Assembly (NCBI GenBank): GCA_934099115.1
Contig: CAKOPK010000006.1
Span: forward strand, 372 to 64,371
Reading direction: 5' to 3'
DNA: 64,000 nt
Origin: an uncultured Bacilli bacterium
GTDB taxonomy: Bacteria; Bacillota_I; Bacilli_A; RF39; UBA660
A model generated the notes under the pieces. That model made no database searches and was not told the origin of the DNA. It saw nothing but the letters and a program-made list of their open reading frames with translations. Position numbers and translations under genes: made by a program. Of this stretch, positions 10,884 to 21,967 are shown piece after piece; within the stretch, counting starts at the first letter, position 1; the number at the start of each line of letters is the position of its first letter.

Positions 10884-11732
10884 TTAATCTCCTAATTTTA
10901 ACATAACATAAGGAATATAACTATCTTTATCTCTTTGATAGATAGCAACCTCTTCTAAATCTTTCTTTAATAAAATAATTTCTTCCTCTATCTCTAAAGA
11001 AATAGAATTTCCATTAATAACTTTCTTATATTCTAAAGATGATAATTGATAAGTAGGAAGATTAAGTATTTCTTCAATATGATAAACATGATAATCTCCT
11101 CTTTTAATATCTTCTAAAGAAGAAGCCATATCTATAGTAAATTCCCCTTGTTTAGTTCTATCAAGTGATCTCATAGTCCCAATAATATTTAAACTATGAC
11201 AAAAATCTCTAATAAAACTCCTAATATAAGTACCCTTAGATACTTTTATCTTTAATTTTATAACATCATCTTTAAAATCTAAAAGTTCTAAAGCTTTAAT
11301 TTCTACTTCTTTTATTGGTAATTCCACTTCTTCCTTCTGTCTTGCATATTGATAAAGCTTCTTACCATTTACTTTTACAGCTGAATAAATAGGCACCTCC
11401 ATTTTATATAGACCTATCCATTTTCTTAAAGCCTCTTCTATTTCTTCTCTAGTAATAAAAACTTTCTCTTCTTTTAATACTTCACCTGTAATATCCAAAG
11501 TATCTGTTTCTATTCCTAATTTAATCTCTGCAATATATTCTTTATCAAGAGAGGTAAGCATGTCTACTAATTTAGTATAGCGATTAAAACAAACTACTAA
11601 AACACCCGTAGCCATCGGATCTAAGGTTCCTGTATGTCCTACTTTCTTTGTCTTTAATAATTTACTTATAATATTTACAACATCTCTTGAAGTATAACCA
11701 GCTTCCTTGTTAACAACAATTAAACCATTCAT
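10884..11732 (-). CDS. truB: tRNA pseudouridine(55) synthase
   Basis: GHTGTLDPMATGVL catalytic motif. It sits downstream of rbfA in the conserved operon. Confidence 0.95.
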   Translation of the reverse strand: MNGLIVVNKEAGYTSRDVVNIISKLLKTKKVGHTGTLDPMATGVLVVCFNRYTKLVDMLTSLDKEYIAEIKLGIETDTLDITGEVLKEEKVFITREEIEEALRKWIGLYKMEVPIYSAVKVNGKKLYQYARQKEEVELPIKEVEIKALELLDFKDDVIKLKIKVSKGTYIRSFIRDFCHSLNIIGTMRSLDRTKQGEFTIDMASSLEDIKRGDYHVYHIEEILNLPTYQLSSLEYKKVINGNSISLEIEEEIILLKKDLEEVAIYQRDKDSYIPYVMLKLGD

Positions 11733-12127
11733 CTTGTCCTTCCAGTTACTGAAAATCCTGCTCTATCAAAAGTCATATCAATTTCTATAATAAATTTATC
11801 AGGGTCATAATAAATATTATTAACTGGAAAAGGAATACCCATAGAATTCTTAATTTCTTCATCAAATCTTCTAATAAACGGAAATAAATATTCATTGTCT
11901 CCCCAATAAACAATATCCTCTATTGCTACATCTTGATTTTCAATTCCATTATGGCCTAAAAAGATAACTCCATAACCAACTAACTTATCATTTTGATAAA
12001 ACTTCTTAATAACAAAATAATTTGCTTCATTATAAACATTTAAATAATAGTTATCTCCTACTTGTGGTTTACTATTATAAGCCTCTTTTAATTCTTCTTG
12101 CTCTAGTTTTCCTGTCTTAATTTTCAT
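11729..12127 (-). CDS. Hypothetical protein between rbfA and truB
   Basis: ORF with no recognised motif. The track ORF runs to 12175, but that part overlaps rbfA, so the internal start MKIKTGK is more plausible. Confidence 0.5.
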   Translation of the reverse strand: MKIKTGKLEQEELKEAYNSKPQVGDNYYLNVYNEANYFVIKKFYQNDKLVGYGVIFLGHNGIENQDVAIEDIVYWGDNEYLFPFIRRFDEEIKNSMGIPFPVNNIYYDPDKFIIEIDMTFDRAGFSVTGRTR

Positions 12128-12470
12128 TACTTTCCTCATTGATTTCTTTAATAATATGCTCGATACGATTACCATATTCTATAGAATCATCATATACAAA
12201 TTCTAAAATTGGTGTATGTCTTAAATCTATTTTAGCAGATACTTTTCCTCTTATAAAAGGAGCAGCTTCATTAACTTCTTTTACAAGAGTCTTTTTATCT
12301 AAAGAAGACATAGATGTAAAGTATACTTTCGCATAACTTAAATCTCTAGATACTTTACATCCTGTAATAGTTATTGTTTTTAATAACTCATCCCTAGCTT
12401 CATCAAATAATATCTCACTAATTACTCTGCTTAAATCAGCAGATATCTTGGCAATTTTATGACTAGGCAT
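12117..12470 (-). CDS. rbfA: Ribosome-binding factor A
   Basis: The sequence (ITITGCKVSRDLSYAKVYFT, PILEFVYDDS) and the position after infB. Confidence 0.93.
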   Translation of the reverse strand: MPSHKIAKISADLSRVISEILFDEARDELLKTITITGCKVSRDLSYAKVYFTSMSSLDKKTLVKEVNEAAPFIRGKVSAKIDLRHTPILEFVYDDSIEYGNRIEHIIKEINEESNEN

Positions 12471-14587
12471 TATTTAGTGCCCCCATTTTTAACTTCTACC
12501 ATTTCATAACATTCAATCGTATCCATTTCTCTAATATCACTATAATTTTCTAGAGTTATACCACATTCATATCCTTTTTTAACTTCTTTAACACTATCTT
12601 TTTCTCTTTGAATAGATGCAATTTTACCATCATAAATAATTACACCATCACGTATTAAACGAGCCTTAGCATTATTCTTAATAATACCATCTGTTACATA
12701 AGAACCAGCAATATTTCCTACTTTAGAAAACTTAAATATTCTTCTAATCTCTGCTGTTCCTAATACTTTTTCTTCAAATTCTGGGTCTAATAAACCTTTC
12801 ATAGCAAGTTCTATTTCTTCAATACATTTATAAATAATCGTATATAAACGAATATCTACCCCGTATTCTTTAGCCATTTCTTTCGTATTATTGCTTGGAC
12901 TAACATTAAAACCAATAATAATAGCATTTGATGCATTAGCAAGTATAACATCACTCTCTGTAATAGTTCCAATACCAGAACGAATAATGTTTATTTTAAC
13001 TCCTTCAACATCTATTTTTAATAAACTATTCTTAACAGCTTCTTCACTACCACGAACATCAGTTTTTAAAACAATATTAATCTCTTTTTGACCCTCTTTA
13101 ATCTTATTAAACAAATCATCTAAAGATATAGTATCTTTTTTAAACTTATTCTCTTTCTTATGAATTTCTCTCTTAAGAGCTACTTCTTTTGCTTCTTTTT
13201 CTGTCTCAAAAGCCATAAACTTATCTCCAGCACTTGGATTATCATTTAAACCTGTAATTTCTACTGGAGTACCAGGTAAAGCTTGTGTAATTGGTTCTCC
13301 TAAATCATTTTTCATCGTTCTAACACGTCCATAAGTAGTTCCAACTACAATTGGGTCTCCAATACGTAAAGTACCATTTAATATTAAAAGACTTGCTACT
13401 CCTCCAATATTTTTATCTTGACGAGACTCAATTACAGAACCAACAGCATAACGATTAGGGTTAGCTTTTAATTCTTTCATCTCACTAATTGCTAAAATTG
13501 TTTCTAATAATTTATCAATACCTTCTCCAGTATGAGCAGAAATATTAATAAATGGATATTCTCCTCCCCAAACTTCTGGAGTAATTCCTATCTCGGCCAT
13601 TTCTGTCATAATACGATCTGGATTAGCTTCTGGTTTATCAATCTTATTAACTGCTACAATAATTGGTACTTTGGCACTTAAAGCATGATCTACTGCTTCT
13701 TTGGTTTGAGGCATTACTCCATCATCAGCCGCTACAATAATAATAACAATATCCGTTACACTAGCTCCTCTAGCACGCATTTCAGTAAAAGCCGCATGTC
13801 CAGGAGTATCAATAAATGTAATCTTATTACCATGATTAACAATCTGATAAGCTCCAATCGCTTGAGTAATTCCTCCAAATTCTGTATCTACAACATGTGA
13901 ATTACGAATATAATCTAAAAGTGTTGTTTTTCCATGATCAACATGACCCATAATTGTAACAATCGGAGGACGTACTTCTAAATCCTCTTCTTTATCAATA
14001 ATTTCATATTCTTCAAAATTAGATACATCTTGAGTTTCTTCTCTTTTTAGAGTTTTATTATATTCTAAAGCTATAATCTCCGCATTTTCAAAATCAATTG
14101 TTTGATTTAATGATAACATTAAACCAAAAGCCATTAACTTCTTAATAATGTCAGTTCCACTTATTTCTAATAAAGAAGCTAAATCTCCTACTGTCATTCC
14201 ATCTTTAAATAAAATAACATTCTCTTGTTCCTTATTCTTCATTAATTTATTCTTATTTTTATACATTTCTTTTCTTAATTTAGAATAATCTTTTGCATCT
14301 GTCTGGTCTTTCTTCTTCTTTAATTTTTGTTTTTTATCCGTAGTATTAATTGTTTTAGCCATATTACTGCTTTCTACAATTGCATCTACTACTTCATCAA
14401 TTGTGTCTTCTTCTTCAAAAGAATCCTCTTCAACACCAATTAAATTAATAGCATTATCTAATGATATAATATCCTCATCACTTAAATAATCATCACCAGT
14501 CTTTACTTCTATCCCTAAATCTATACATTTTTTAAGAATTTCTGCAACACTTAAATTGACATCATTTGCGTATTCTTTGATAGTCAT
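12470..14587 (-). CDS. infB: Translation initiation factor IF-2
   Basis: GTPase motifs [20 protein letters not shown] and NKID, plus the conserved C-terminal domains. Confidence 0.97.
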   Translation of the reverse strand: MTIKEYANDVNLSVAEILKKCIDLGIEVKTGDDYLSDEDIISLDNAINLIGVEEDSFEEEDTIDEVVDAIVESSNMAKTINTTDKKQKLKKKKDQTDAKDYSKLRKEMYKNKNKLMKNKEQENVILFKDGMTVGDLASLLEISGTDIIKKLMAFGLMLSLNQTIDFENAEIIALEYNKTLKREETQDVSNFEEYEIIDKEEDLEVRPPIVTIMGHVDHGKTTLLDYIRNSHVVDTEFGGITQAIGAYQIVNHGNKITFIDTPGHAAFTEMRARGASVTDIVIIIVAADDGVMPQTKEAVDHALSAKVPIIVAVNKIDKPEANPDRIMTEMAEIGITPEVWGGEYPFINISAHTGEGIDKLLETILAISEMKELKANPNRYAVGSVIESRQDKNIGGVASLLILNGTLRIGDPIVVGTTYGRVRTMKNDLGEPITQALPGTPVEITGLNDNPSAGDKFMAFETEKEAKEVALKREIHKKENKFKKDTISLDDLFNKIKEGQKEINIVLKTDVRGSEEAVKNSLLKIDVEGVKINIIRSGIGTITESDVILANASNAIIIGFNVSPSNNTKEMAKEYGVDIRLYTIIYKCIEEIELAMKGLLDPEFEEKVLGTAEIRRIFKFSKVGNIAGSYVTDGIIKNNAKARLIRDGVIIYDGKIASIQREKDSVKEVKKGYECGITLENYSDIREMDTIECYEMVEVKNGGTK

Positions 14588-14613
14588 ATAAACACTCCTT
14601 TCTTTTTTAATTA

Positions 14614-15039
14614 TTATCTATTCTTTGTTAAACCTTTAATATCTTCATAAACTGCAATCTTAATATTATCTTCTGTTAATGCTGGTTCAGCACTTAAATA
14701 ATCTTTTAGGCGATTTACAGCAAAATTTTCTACTTCGTCTCCTTCAATTAAACTATCTGGAGTTAAATTTAAAACGTCTTCTTTATCAAAAGAATCTAAT
14801 GTCTTTCCACATACTAAACATGTACATTCCATTTTACCATCTTGATATAAATCAGTAGAACCTAATAAATAAGGATGTGTACACTCACTTTGTGTTTTAA
14901 TCATACCACTTAGTATTCTTTTTAAAACCTTTCTTTGCTCTTTTGGATTGGCAATTGTAGTTGCCTTTCCATAATTATTTAATAATTCATCTGTTCTATT
15001 AATAAATGCTAAAGCTTGTTTATTATGCATATTCCTCAA
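14614..15039 (-). CDS. Hypothetical Cys-motif protein occupying the slot usually held by ylxQ (L7Ae-like)
   Basis: Contains ECTHP...CTCLVCGK (a possible zinc ribbon). No L7Ae-like sequence is recognisable. Confidence 0.5.
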   Translation of the reverse strand: MRNMHNKQALAFINRTDELLNNYGKATTIANPKEQRKVLKRILSGMIKTQSECTHPYLLGSTDLYQDGKMECTCLVCGKTLDSFDKEDVLNLTPDSLIEGDEVENFAVNRLKDYLSAEPALTEDNIKIAVYEDIKGLTKNR

Positions 15040-15042
15040 CTC

Positions 15043-15306
15043 CTATTCTTTACATAACTTTCTTGCTTCTTCATAAATTCCTGCAGGAATACTTACTTCT
15101 AATATTCTTTCTATTATTTTAGTTTTTTCTGCTTTATTTATGACATCAATTTCTTTTTTTAAATAAGCCCCACGGCCATTTTGTTTCCCCGTTTGGTCTA
15201 TTACAACATTTCCTTCTGGCGTTCTTAATATTCTTAATAAATCTCTTTTTTCATATTTTTCTTTTGTAACAACACAAGAACGCATCGGTATTTTTTTTTG
15301 TTTCAT
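15043..15306 (-). CDS. ylxR: YlxR/RnpM family RNA-binding protein (DUF448)
   Basis: The MRSCVVTKEKYEKRDLLRI...GRGAYL motif, immediately downstream of nusA. Confidence 0.9.
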   Translation of the reverse strand: MKQKKIPMRSCVVTKEKYEKRDLLRILRTPEGNVVIDQTGKQNGRGAYLKKEIDVINKAEKTKIIERILEVSIPAGIYEEARKLCKE

Positions 15307-16427
15307 TAACGATTACCCTCATCATTAATTTCTTTCATTGTTTTAATATTAATCTTATACTTTGTTAATCTACTAGCAAGCTTAATATTATTTCCACCCT
15401 TACCAATTGCTAAGGCAAGTTCACTCTCATCAACAACTGCTAGAGCTTCTTTCTTAATTGCATCAGTAATACTAACAATAGCATTCTTAGCAGGACTTAA
15501 TGCACTCTTAATATATTCTTCTGGATTTTCAGAATATAGAATTACATCAACTTTCTCACCATTTAATTCTTTTAAGATTGCTGCTATTCTGCATCCTCTT
15601 TCTCCAATACAAGTACCAATTGGGTCTACACGATCACTAGTAGAAGAAACTGCTACTTTACTTCTAATACCAGGCTCTCTTACACAAGCATGCATTAAAA
15701 GTGTTCCATCTTGTAATTCTGGTACTTCTAATTCAAATAAACGTTTTACAAAGCCATAATGTTTTCTTGATAATAAAATAAGTGGACCCTTATTACCATT
15801 CTCTATTTTAGTAACATAAACACGAATACTAGACCCCATCTTAATAGTTTCTCCTGGAATAATCTCACTCTTGGGTAAAATACCTCTTGTTCTTCCTAAA
15901 TCAATATAATAATTTCTAGCATCTTCCATAGCTACTAAGCCAAGTAACATTTCATTTTCTTTATCTTGAAATTCTTCAATAATACTATTCTTCTCTGCTT
16001 CTCTAATCTTTTGAGTTAAAACTTGTTTCGCAGTAGCGGCCGCTACACGTCCAAAATCTTTTGGTGTTACTTCATATTCAATAGTTTCTCCTACTTTAAT
16101 GCCAGGCACTAATTCTTCTGCTTGTTCCAAAATAATTTGTGCATCAATATTAATCTCTGGAGCAACCTTAATAACATTCCCTTCTTCGTCTATCTCTTCA
16201 TGTCCATAATCAACATCATCTACAACGATTAAATAAGTAAAAACTTTGATTTCTCCTGTTTTACGATCAATATCCACACGAACGTTGGTCCTAGAATCAA
16301 AATTCTTTTTATAGGCTGTAGTTAAAGCTTGTTCCATTCCTTCAAATACAACGTCTTCACTAATTCCCTTTTCTTTTACGATATTTTTAACTGCTTTAAT
16401 GAATTCCTCATTATTCATTTTTATCAC
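15306..16427 (-). CDS. nusA: Transcription termination/antitermination factor NusA
   Basis: NusA N-terminal, S1 and two KH regions (GERGCRI, AIGKGGNNIKLASRLT). Confidence 0.96.
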   Translation of the reverse strand: MIKMNNEEFIKAVKNIVKEKGISEDVVFEGMEQALTTAYKKNFDSRTNVRVDIDRKTGEIKVFTYLIVVDDVDYGHEEIDEEGNVIKVAPEINIDAQIILEQAEELVPGIKVGETIEYEVTPKDFGRVAAATAKQVLTQKIREAEKNSIIEEFQDKENEMLLGLVAMEDARNYYIDLGRTRGILPKSEIIPGETIKMGSSIRVYVTKIENGNKGPLILLSRKHYGFVKRLFELEVPELQDGTLLMHACVREPGIRSKVAVSSTSDRVDPIGTCIGERGCRIAAILKELNGEKVDVILYSENPEEYIKSALSPAKNAIVSITDAIKKEALAVVDESELALAIGKGGNNIKLASRLTKYKINIKTMKEINDEGNR

Positions 16428-16677
16428 CTCTTTCTTTCGAAACTACATCTAAAATATAAGAATCATCAGTAAAATCATAATCATCTACAATTGGATTAAT
16501 AATATTTGTCGCATACACAATTGTATCTAAATCTATTCCTCCAACTTTATCTAAAACAATTGATAAAACATTATAATTACCACTGTTTTTCTCATAAGTT
16601 ACACTATCAACAATGATATTATCTTTTTCTAATGTTTCTTTTATCTTATTCTCTAGTTCCTCTAACGTTTTCTTCAA
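16411..16677 (-). CDS. rimP: Ribosome maturation factor RimP, short form (N-terminal domain only)
   Basis: It sits directly upstream of nusA. The likely start is the TTG at 16677, 8-9 nt after GGAGGGTG. The sequence resembles the RimP N-domain, and the ORF stops inside the nusA start region after about 88 aa. Confidence 0.65.
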   Translation of the reverse strand: MKKTLEELENKIKETLEKDNIIVDSVTYEKNSGNYNVLSIVLDKVGGIDLDTIVYATNIINPIVDDYDFTDDSYILDVVSKERGDKNE

Positions 16678-16758
16678 AATTTCACACCCTCCTATATAAA
16701 TAAAAGTGGGATTTTTCTGCCCCACTTAATTAGTCAATATAATTATATCATACTTTTG

Positions 16759-17001
16759 CTATTTGTCAAATTTTTTACCTAATTCTTCCATTTTACAAGT
16801 AAGCCTACTTTCTATAAACCATCTCTTATAAGAACAAACACAAGTATCTTTTACACACTGACAAGCATACGCGTTCTTACAATCTTTTTTAGAAGGCATA
16901 TATTCTCCAGTAATCATCGGTCTAATAGTTAAAAAATAGATTAAATAGACAAATAAAGTTATTATAATAATTATAAAAGAATTTCGAATTATTTTATTCA
17001 T
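16759..17001 (-). CDS. Small Cys-rich membrane-anchored hypothetical protein
   Basis: N-terminal TM segment (FIIIIITLFVYLIYFL) followed by 7 Cys residues. The start overlaps the stop of the upstream gene by 4 nt. Confidence 0.45.
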   Translation of the reverse strand: MNKIIRNSFIIIIITLFVYLIYFLTIRPMITGEYMPSKKDCKNAYACQCVKDTCVCSYKRWFIESRLTCKMEELGKKFDK

Positions 17002-18116
17002 AAACTAACTCTTATAGTAACATCACTATCAGGATAACTAATACATGGATGAATATAATCATTAAGAGCTAAATCTCTTGGCATGGAAGAACCAATCATT
17101 TTAACATGGCCCTCTAATAAAATACTCTTACAAAATCCACAAGTGCCAACTCTACATAAAGATGGTGCTTTAAATCCTGCTTCTTCCATAGCAACTAGTA
17201 ATGTTTTATTACTATTACAAGGTATAATCTTAGTAGTATCTTCTGTTATAATTTTAAGTTCAAAATTTCTTTCTTCTTTTGGTTCATAAAAATTATAATA
17301 ATTCTCAAAATGAACATTCTTTCTTGGAATTTCAAAATAAGTTAAAATCTCATTCATACTCTTATATAAACCAACTGGCCCACACATAAAGAAAGTATTA
17401 AACTCTTTTATATATGGTTCTATCATCTCTTTTTTAATATGGCCATATAAATATCCAGGTTTTTCTTCTCTTGTTAAAATAACTTGAAAATTAACTTTTT
17501 TACTTCTTTTTAATTTTTCAATTTCTTTTCTTAAAATAATATCTTCTTCTGTTCTAACACTATAAAAAACAGTTAAATGGCAATTTGTATTTCCATCAAT
17601 AATATCTTTTGCTAAAGAAATAAATGGAGTAATACCACTACCACCAGCAACACCTATAACATTTTCTTCATCTCTTATACTAGAATAATGAAAATCTCCT
17701 ACAGGATTAGATATAGTAAGTCCATCTCCCACTTTTAAATGGTCTAGTAATAAATTACTAATTAATCCATTTTGAACTCTCTTAATAGTAATACGATAAA
17801 ATCCTTGTAAAGCTTCTTTAGGACTAGAAGATAAAGTATATGCTCTAGTAGTATAAGTTTCATCTGCAAACATTTTTAAACTAATATATTGTCCTGGAAT
17901 AAACATTTTTAATTTACTAGTACCCTTCTTTATATCTGGTACTAAAATAAATGATTTTGTATCTTTTGTCTCGGTAATAATTTCTTTAATAGTTACATAC
18001 TGTAAATCATTAGTCTTTGCTAACTTATCAATCATCGTATCTTCTGGCTTTTTAGAACTAAATCCATGAATAATAGAGTCTCTCTCTTCTTTTAATTTTT
18101 CTATTTTATCGTTCAT
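16998..18116 (-). CDS. Ferredoxin-NAD(P) reductase-like flavoprotein with a C-terminal 2Fe-2S ferredoxin domain
   Basis: RAYTLSS (FAD binding), GVAGGSGITPF (NAD binding) and C-terminal CRVGTCGFC. The start is moved to MNDKIEKL, directly after the upstream stop. Confidence 0.8.
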   Translation of the reverse strand: MNDKIEKLKEERDSIIHGFSSKKPEDTMIDKLAKTNDLQYVTIKEIITETKDTKSFILVPDIKKGTSKLKMFIPGQYISLKMFADETYTTRAYTLSSSPKEALQGFYRITIKRVQNGLISNLLLDHLKVGDGLTISNPVGDFHYSSIRDEENVIGVAGGSGITPFISLAKDIIDGNTNCHLTVFYSVRTEEDIILRKEIEKLKRSKKVNFQVILTREEKPGYLYGHIKKEMIEPYIKEFNTFFMCGPVGLYKSMNEILTYFEIPRKNVHFENYYNFYEPKEERNFELKIITEDTTKIIPCNSNKTLLVAMEEAGFKAPSLCRVGTCGFCKSILLEGHVKMIGSSMPRDLALNDYIHPCISYPDSDVTIRVSL

Positions 18117-18117
18117 C

Positions 18118-19572
18118 TTAATCCTCTTTCCTTGTAATCTCTTTAGCAACAAGAGTTCCATTTAAAATAGTATTATGAATTCCTCCTCCAAGGTAAGAAT
18201 CTGCTCCTACAAAATAAATTCTATCATTATTTTCTTTATCTAAAACTCGATTTATTACATTATCATAACCAATACGCATAGAACCCATAATTGTGCCATT
18301 AACACTATTAGAATATCTACTAATAGTAAGAGGACTAGCTATCTCTATCTCTTCAATATATTCTTTAACATCTATCTTAAAAGTCTCTTCAAATTCCTGA
18401 ATGATATGACTTGCTATTTGTTCTTTTAAAATTGCATAATCTTTTTCTGTAACTTTATTCCAAGCATCACTATTAAAACTAATCTTAAAAGTCATAATAG
18501 TAGTTCCTTTAGGACTCGCATATTCCTGAATAACATTCGGAACATAAGCTTCCCAATTAGAATGAAATAAATTATTCATATCTTTATAAACTTTATTACT
18601 ATTAGAATTCATATGAATATAATGATAATTATTAAAACCAATTGTTTGATAGTCTTTATTAAGACCTAAGAAAACCATAAATGCACTAGGACTATATGTC
18701 TTCGCATTACATAATGGATATTTTTCTTTATCATCTATTAATTCTTTATATACATAACGGATTGGTAAGTCACAAATTACTTTACTAGCCCTATATGTCT
18801 TATTATTAGTAATTACCTCTATATATTGCTCTTTATCTTCTATTTTAGTTACTTTACTCTCATACTCTATTTTACCATCATTAGCTTTATATTCTTTTAG
18901 TAATTGAAATATAAAATTTAAATTTTTATCAGTTGAAATAACTACTTTCTTAAAAATATAAGTATATAAGAAACACGCTAAATCTATAAAAGATAACTTT
19001 TTAAGAGGACTGCCTAAATATAAACATACATAACTAATACGGTCTATTGTCTCCTTAGGTATTTTTAAATCTATTAAAGCATCACTAGCATTATAAGTTA
19101 AATATTTCATAAAAGAAGGATAATCTTCTTCTAAAAAATCATTATTTAATAACGCATCTTGAGCCTCTTTAATTTCTTTAACTACTTTTAATAAATCTCT
19201 CAAAGGTTCTATAGAACCACTTTTTCTACTTTCTAACTCTAAAAATAAATCTTCTATATTTTCTTTAATTTCTAAAAATTCCTTGGTATCTTCATAATAA
19301 ATTTTTGTATTAAGAGCAAGACTAGTATGAAAATCTACATGAAAATCATTTAATATATCTTGTAAAGCTCCAACGTGTTCACTAGTACCATAATCATATA
19401 ATTCATACATAGAAGTATCAAATTCATATCTTCCAACTTTAAAAGTAGTAACTAATCCCCCTGAGATATTATTTTTCTCTAAAATTAATACTTTCTTTCC
19501 TTGTTTAGCTAAACAAATACCCGCGGATAATCCTCCTAAACCAGAACCAACAATAATTATATCATAAGTCAT
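18118..19572 (-). CDS. FAD-dependent oxidoreductase, phytoene-desaturase (CrtI)-like family
   Basis: N-terminal dinucleotide fold YDIIIVGSGLGGLSAG...LEKN, and a length of about 480 aa. Confidence 0.75.
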   Translation of the reverse strand: MTYDIIIVGSGLGGLSAGICLAKQGKKVLILEKNNISGGLVTTFKVGRYEFDTSMYELYDYGTSEHVGALQDILNDFHVDFHTSLALNTKIYYEDTKEFLEIKENIEDLFLELESRKSGSIEPLRDLLKVVKEIKEAQDALLNNDFLEEDYPSFMKYLTYNASDALIDLKIPKETIDRISYVCLYLGSPLKKLSFIDLACFLYTYIFKKVVISTDKNLNFIFQLLKEYKANDGKIEYESKVTKIEDKEQYIEVITNNKTYRASKVICDLPIRYVYKELIDDKEKYPLCNAKTYSPSAFMVFLGLNKDYQTIGFNNYHYIHMNSNSNKVYKDMNNLFHSNWEAYVPNVIQEYASPKGTTIMTFKISFNSDAWNKVTEKDYAILKEQIASHIIQEFEETFKIDVKEYIEEIEIASPLTISRYSNSVNGTIMGSMRIGYDNVINRVLDKENNDRIYFVGADSYLGGGIHNTILNGTLVAKEITRKED

Positions 19573-19583
19573 TCTAATACCTC

Positions 19584-21911
19584 CTAAAATTGAAATTCTG
19601 TAATTTCTGGCATATCAATACCATTTTCTCTTATATATTTTTTATGTTTATCAAGCATTAAATCACAATAATCCCTTAGTTTATTTGCTTCAATAGAATT
19701 TAATTCTAAATAATTTAAAGCACTAATTACTAAATGATAACGATCTATTTCATTAATAACACGCATATCAAAAGGAGTTGTAATAGCACCCTCTTCTTTA
19801 TAACCTCTTACATGTAAATTTTGATTTTTACGATTATGTGTTAATTCATGAATTAAATTAGCGTATCCATGGAAAGCAAATAAAATAGGTTTATCAGTAG
19901 TAAATAAATAATCATAATCTTGTTCACTAAGTCCATGAGGATGCTCTTTATCACTTACAAGACGCATTAAATCAATAACACATACAACTCTCACTTTTAT
20001 ATTTGGAATATAATTTCTTAAAAGAATAGAAGCAGCAATAACTTCAAGAGTTGGTGTATCTCCGGCACAAGCAAGTACAATATCCGGTTCTCCCAAATCA
20101 TTACTAGCAAAATCTAAAATACCTACTCCCTTCGTACATATCTTAATTGCTTTCTCTTTATTTAACCATTGTAAAGATAAATGCTTACTAGCCACTACTA
20201 CATTTACATAATCTTTAGACTTTGTAATATGATTAAAAGTCGATATTAAAGTATTTGTATCTATTGGTAAATATACCCTTACAATATCTGCCTTCTTAGT
20301 TACAATATGATTTAAGAATCCCGGATCTTGATGAGTATATCCATTATGATCCTGTTGCCATACATGGCTTGTTAAAATAATATTTAAACTAGAAATAGAT
20401 TTACGCCATGCTAACTCTTTGCATATTTTAAGCCATTTAGCATGTTGACTAACCATAGAATCTATAATTCTACTAAAAGACTCATAAGTATGAATAAATC
20501 CATGTCTACCAGTTAAAAGATACCCTTCTAATAAGCCTTCACATACATGTTCTGATAAAATAGAATCTATAATAGCCCCATTAGTATTTAAGTATTCATC
20601 ACCCGAAATAGTCTCTCCATTCCACTTTCTGTTAGTAACTTCAAAAACATAATTTAAGCGATTCGATAAAGCTTCATCCGGACCAAATATCTTATAATTA
20701 TCAGGATTTCTTTTTACAATATCCCGAATAAATTTCCCTAATTCCATCATATCACTAGCTTTTTTAACTCCAGGAGCCTCTACTTCAAGCATATAATCTT
20801 TAAAATAAGGAATATCTAACTCTTTTAAAAGTAAACCACCATTCGCATGTTTATTAGCACTCATCGTATGTTCGGGAATTAATTCTTGTAATCCTCTTTT
20901 TAAAACACCAAACTCATCAAATAATTCTTCAGGATGGTAACTCTTTAACCAATCCTCTAATATTTTTAAATTTTCCATATGTTCTTTTGAAACATCAAGA
21001 GGAACTTGATGAGAGCGAAAAGTACCTTCAACAATTTTCTCTTCTACTACTTTAGGACCAGTCCATCCTTTTGGTGTCTTTAAAATAAGCATAGGCCATA
21101 AAGGTCTATTACTAGACTTAGAATTTTTAATATGATAAATGGCATCAACAATACTTTCTAAAGCACTAGCCATATCTTCATGAACTTGTTCCATATCTTG
21201 ATATTCTACATAAAAAGGAAGATAACCCATTCCTTTAAAATAATCTAATAATTCTTCTTTACTAATTCTTGCTAAAACTGTAGGATTTGCTATCTTATAT
21301 CCATTTAAATGTAAAATAGGAATAACTACTCCATCCGTCTTTGGATTAATAAACTTATTAATTTGCCAACTAGCAGCTAGTGGACCTGTCTCTGCTTCTC
21401 CATCACCAATTACACAAGCAACCCATAAATCCGGATTATCTAAAACTGCCCCAAAAGCATGAGCAAGACTATATCCTAATTCTCCTCCTTCATGAATACT
21501 GCCAGGCATCTCAGGTGCTACATGACTAGATGTTCCTCCAGGAAAACTAAATTGTTTCATTAGTTTTTTCATTCCATCTAAATCATAAGAAACACTTGGA
21601 TAAATCTCACTATAAGTTTTCTCTAAATAGCAATTGGAATAAAAAGCACCTCCCCCATGGCCAGGACCAGCCACATAAAGCATATCTAAATCATATTTTT
21701 TTATAATACGATTTAAATGAGCATATATAAAATTCTGACCAGGAGTTGTTCCCCAGTGTCCTACTAATTTTTGTTTTATATGTTCTATTTTTAATGGCTC
21801 TTTTAATAAAGGATTATCTTTTAAATATAATTCCGCCGCTGCTAAATAATTACTCGCACGAAAATAAGCATCTATTTTTCCTAATTCTTCTGTACTTAAT
21901 ATTTTCCCCAT
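19584..21911 (-). CDS. xfp: Phosphoketolase (xylulose-5-P/fructose-6-P)
   Basis: KIDAYFRASNYLAAAELYLKDNPLL, the GHWGTTPGQNF and EGGELGY signatures, and a length of about 775 aa. Confidence 0.95.
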   Translation of the reverse strand: MGKILSTEELGKIDAYFRASNYLAAAELYLKDNPLLKEPLKIEHIKQKLVGHWGTTPGQNFIYAHLNRIIKKYDLDMLYVAGPGHGGGAFYSNCYLEKTYSEIYPSVSYDLDGMKKLMKQFSFPGGTSSHVAPEMPGSIHEGGELGYSLAHAFGAVLDNPDLWVACVIGDGEAETGPLAASWQINKFINPKTDGVVIPILHLNGYKIANPTVLARISKEELLDYFKGMGYLPFYVEYQDMEQVHEDMASALESIVDAIYHIKNSKSSNRPLWPMLILKTPKGWTGPKVVEEKIVEGTFRSHQVPLDVSKEHMENLKILEDWLKSYHPEELFDEFGVLKRGLQELIPEHTMSANKHANGGLLLKELDIPYFKDYMLEVEAPGVKKASDMMELGKFIRDIVKRNPDNYKIFGPDEALSNRLNYVFEVTNRKWNGETISGDEYLNTNGAIIDSILSEHVCEGLLEGYLLTGRHGFIHTYESFSRIIDSMVSQHAKWLKICKELAWRKSISSLNIILTSHVWQQDHNGYTHQDPGFLNHIVTKKADIVRVYLPIDTNTLISTFNHITKSKDYVNVVVASKHLSLQWLNKEKAIKICTKGVGILDFASNDLGEPDIVLACAGDTPTLEVIAASILLRNYIPNIKVRVVCVIDLMRLVSDKEHPHGLSEQDYDYLFTTDKPILFAFHGYANLIHELTHNRKNQNLHVRGYKEEGAITTPFDMRVINEIDRYHLVISALNYLELNSIEANKLRDYCDLMLDKHKKYIRENGIDMPEITEFQF

Positions 21912-21967
21912 TCTTATCACTCTACCTTAATATTTATTATATCAGATATAAATATAAAAAACCATAA

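Noticed and set aside
12139-13900. Plus-strand ORFs 12139-12336, 12891-13091 and 13685-13900.
   Set aside because: They are antisense to the well-supported rbfA and infB genes. They are typical AT-rich shadow ORFs without an RBS.
21746-21967. A 73-aa plus-strand ORF across the phosphoketolase start region.
   Set aside because: It overlaps the xfp 5' end in antisense and has a hydrophobic, low-complexity translation.
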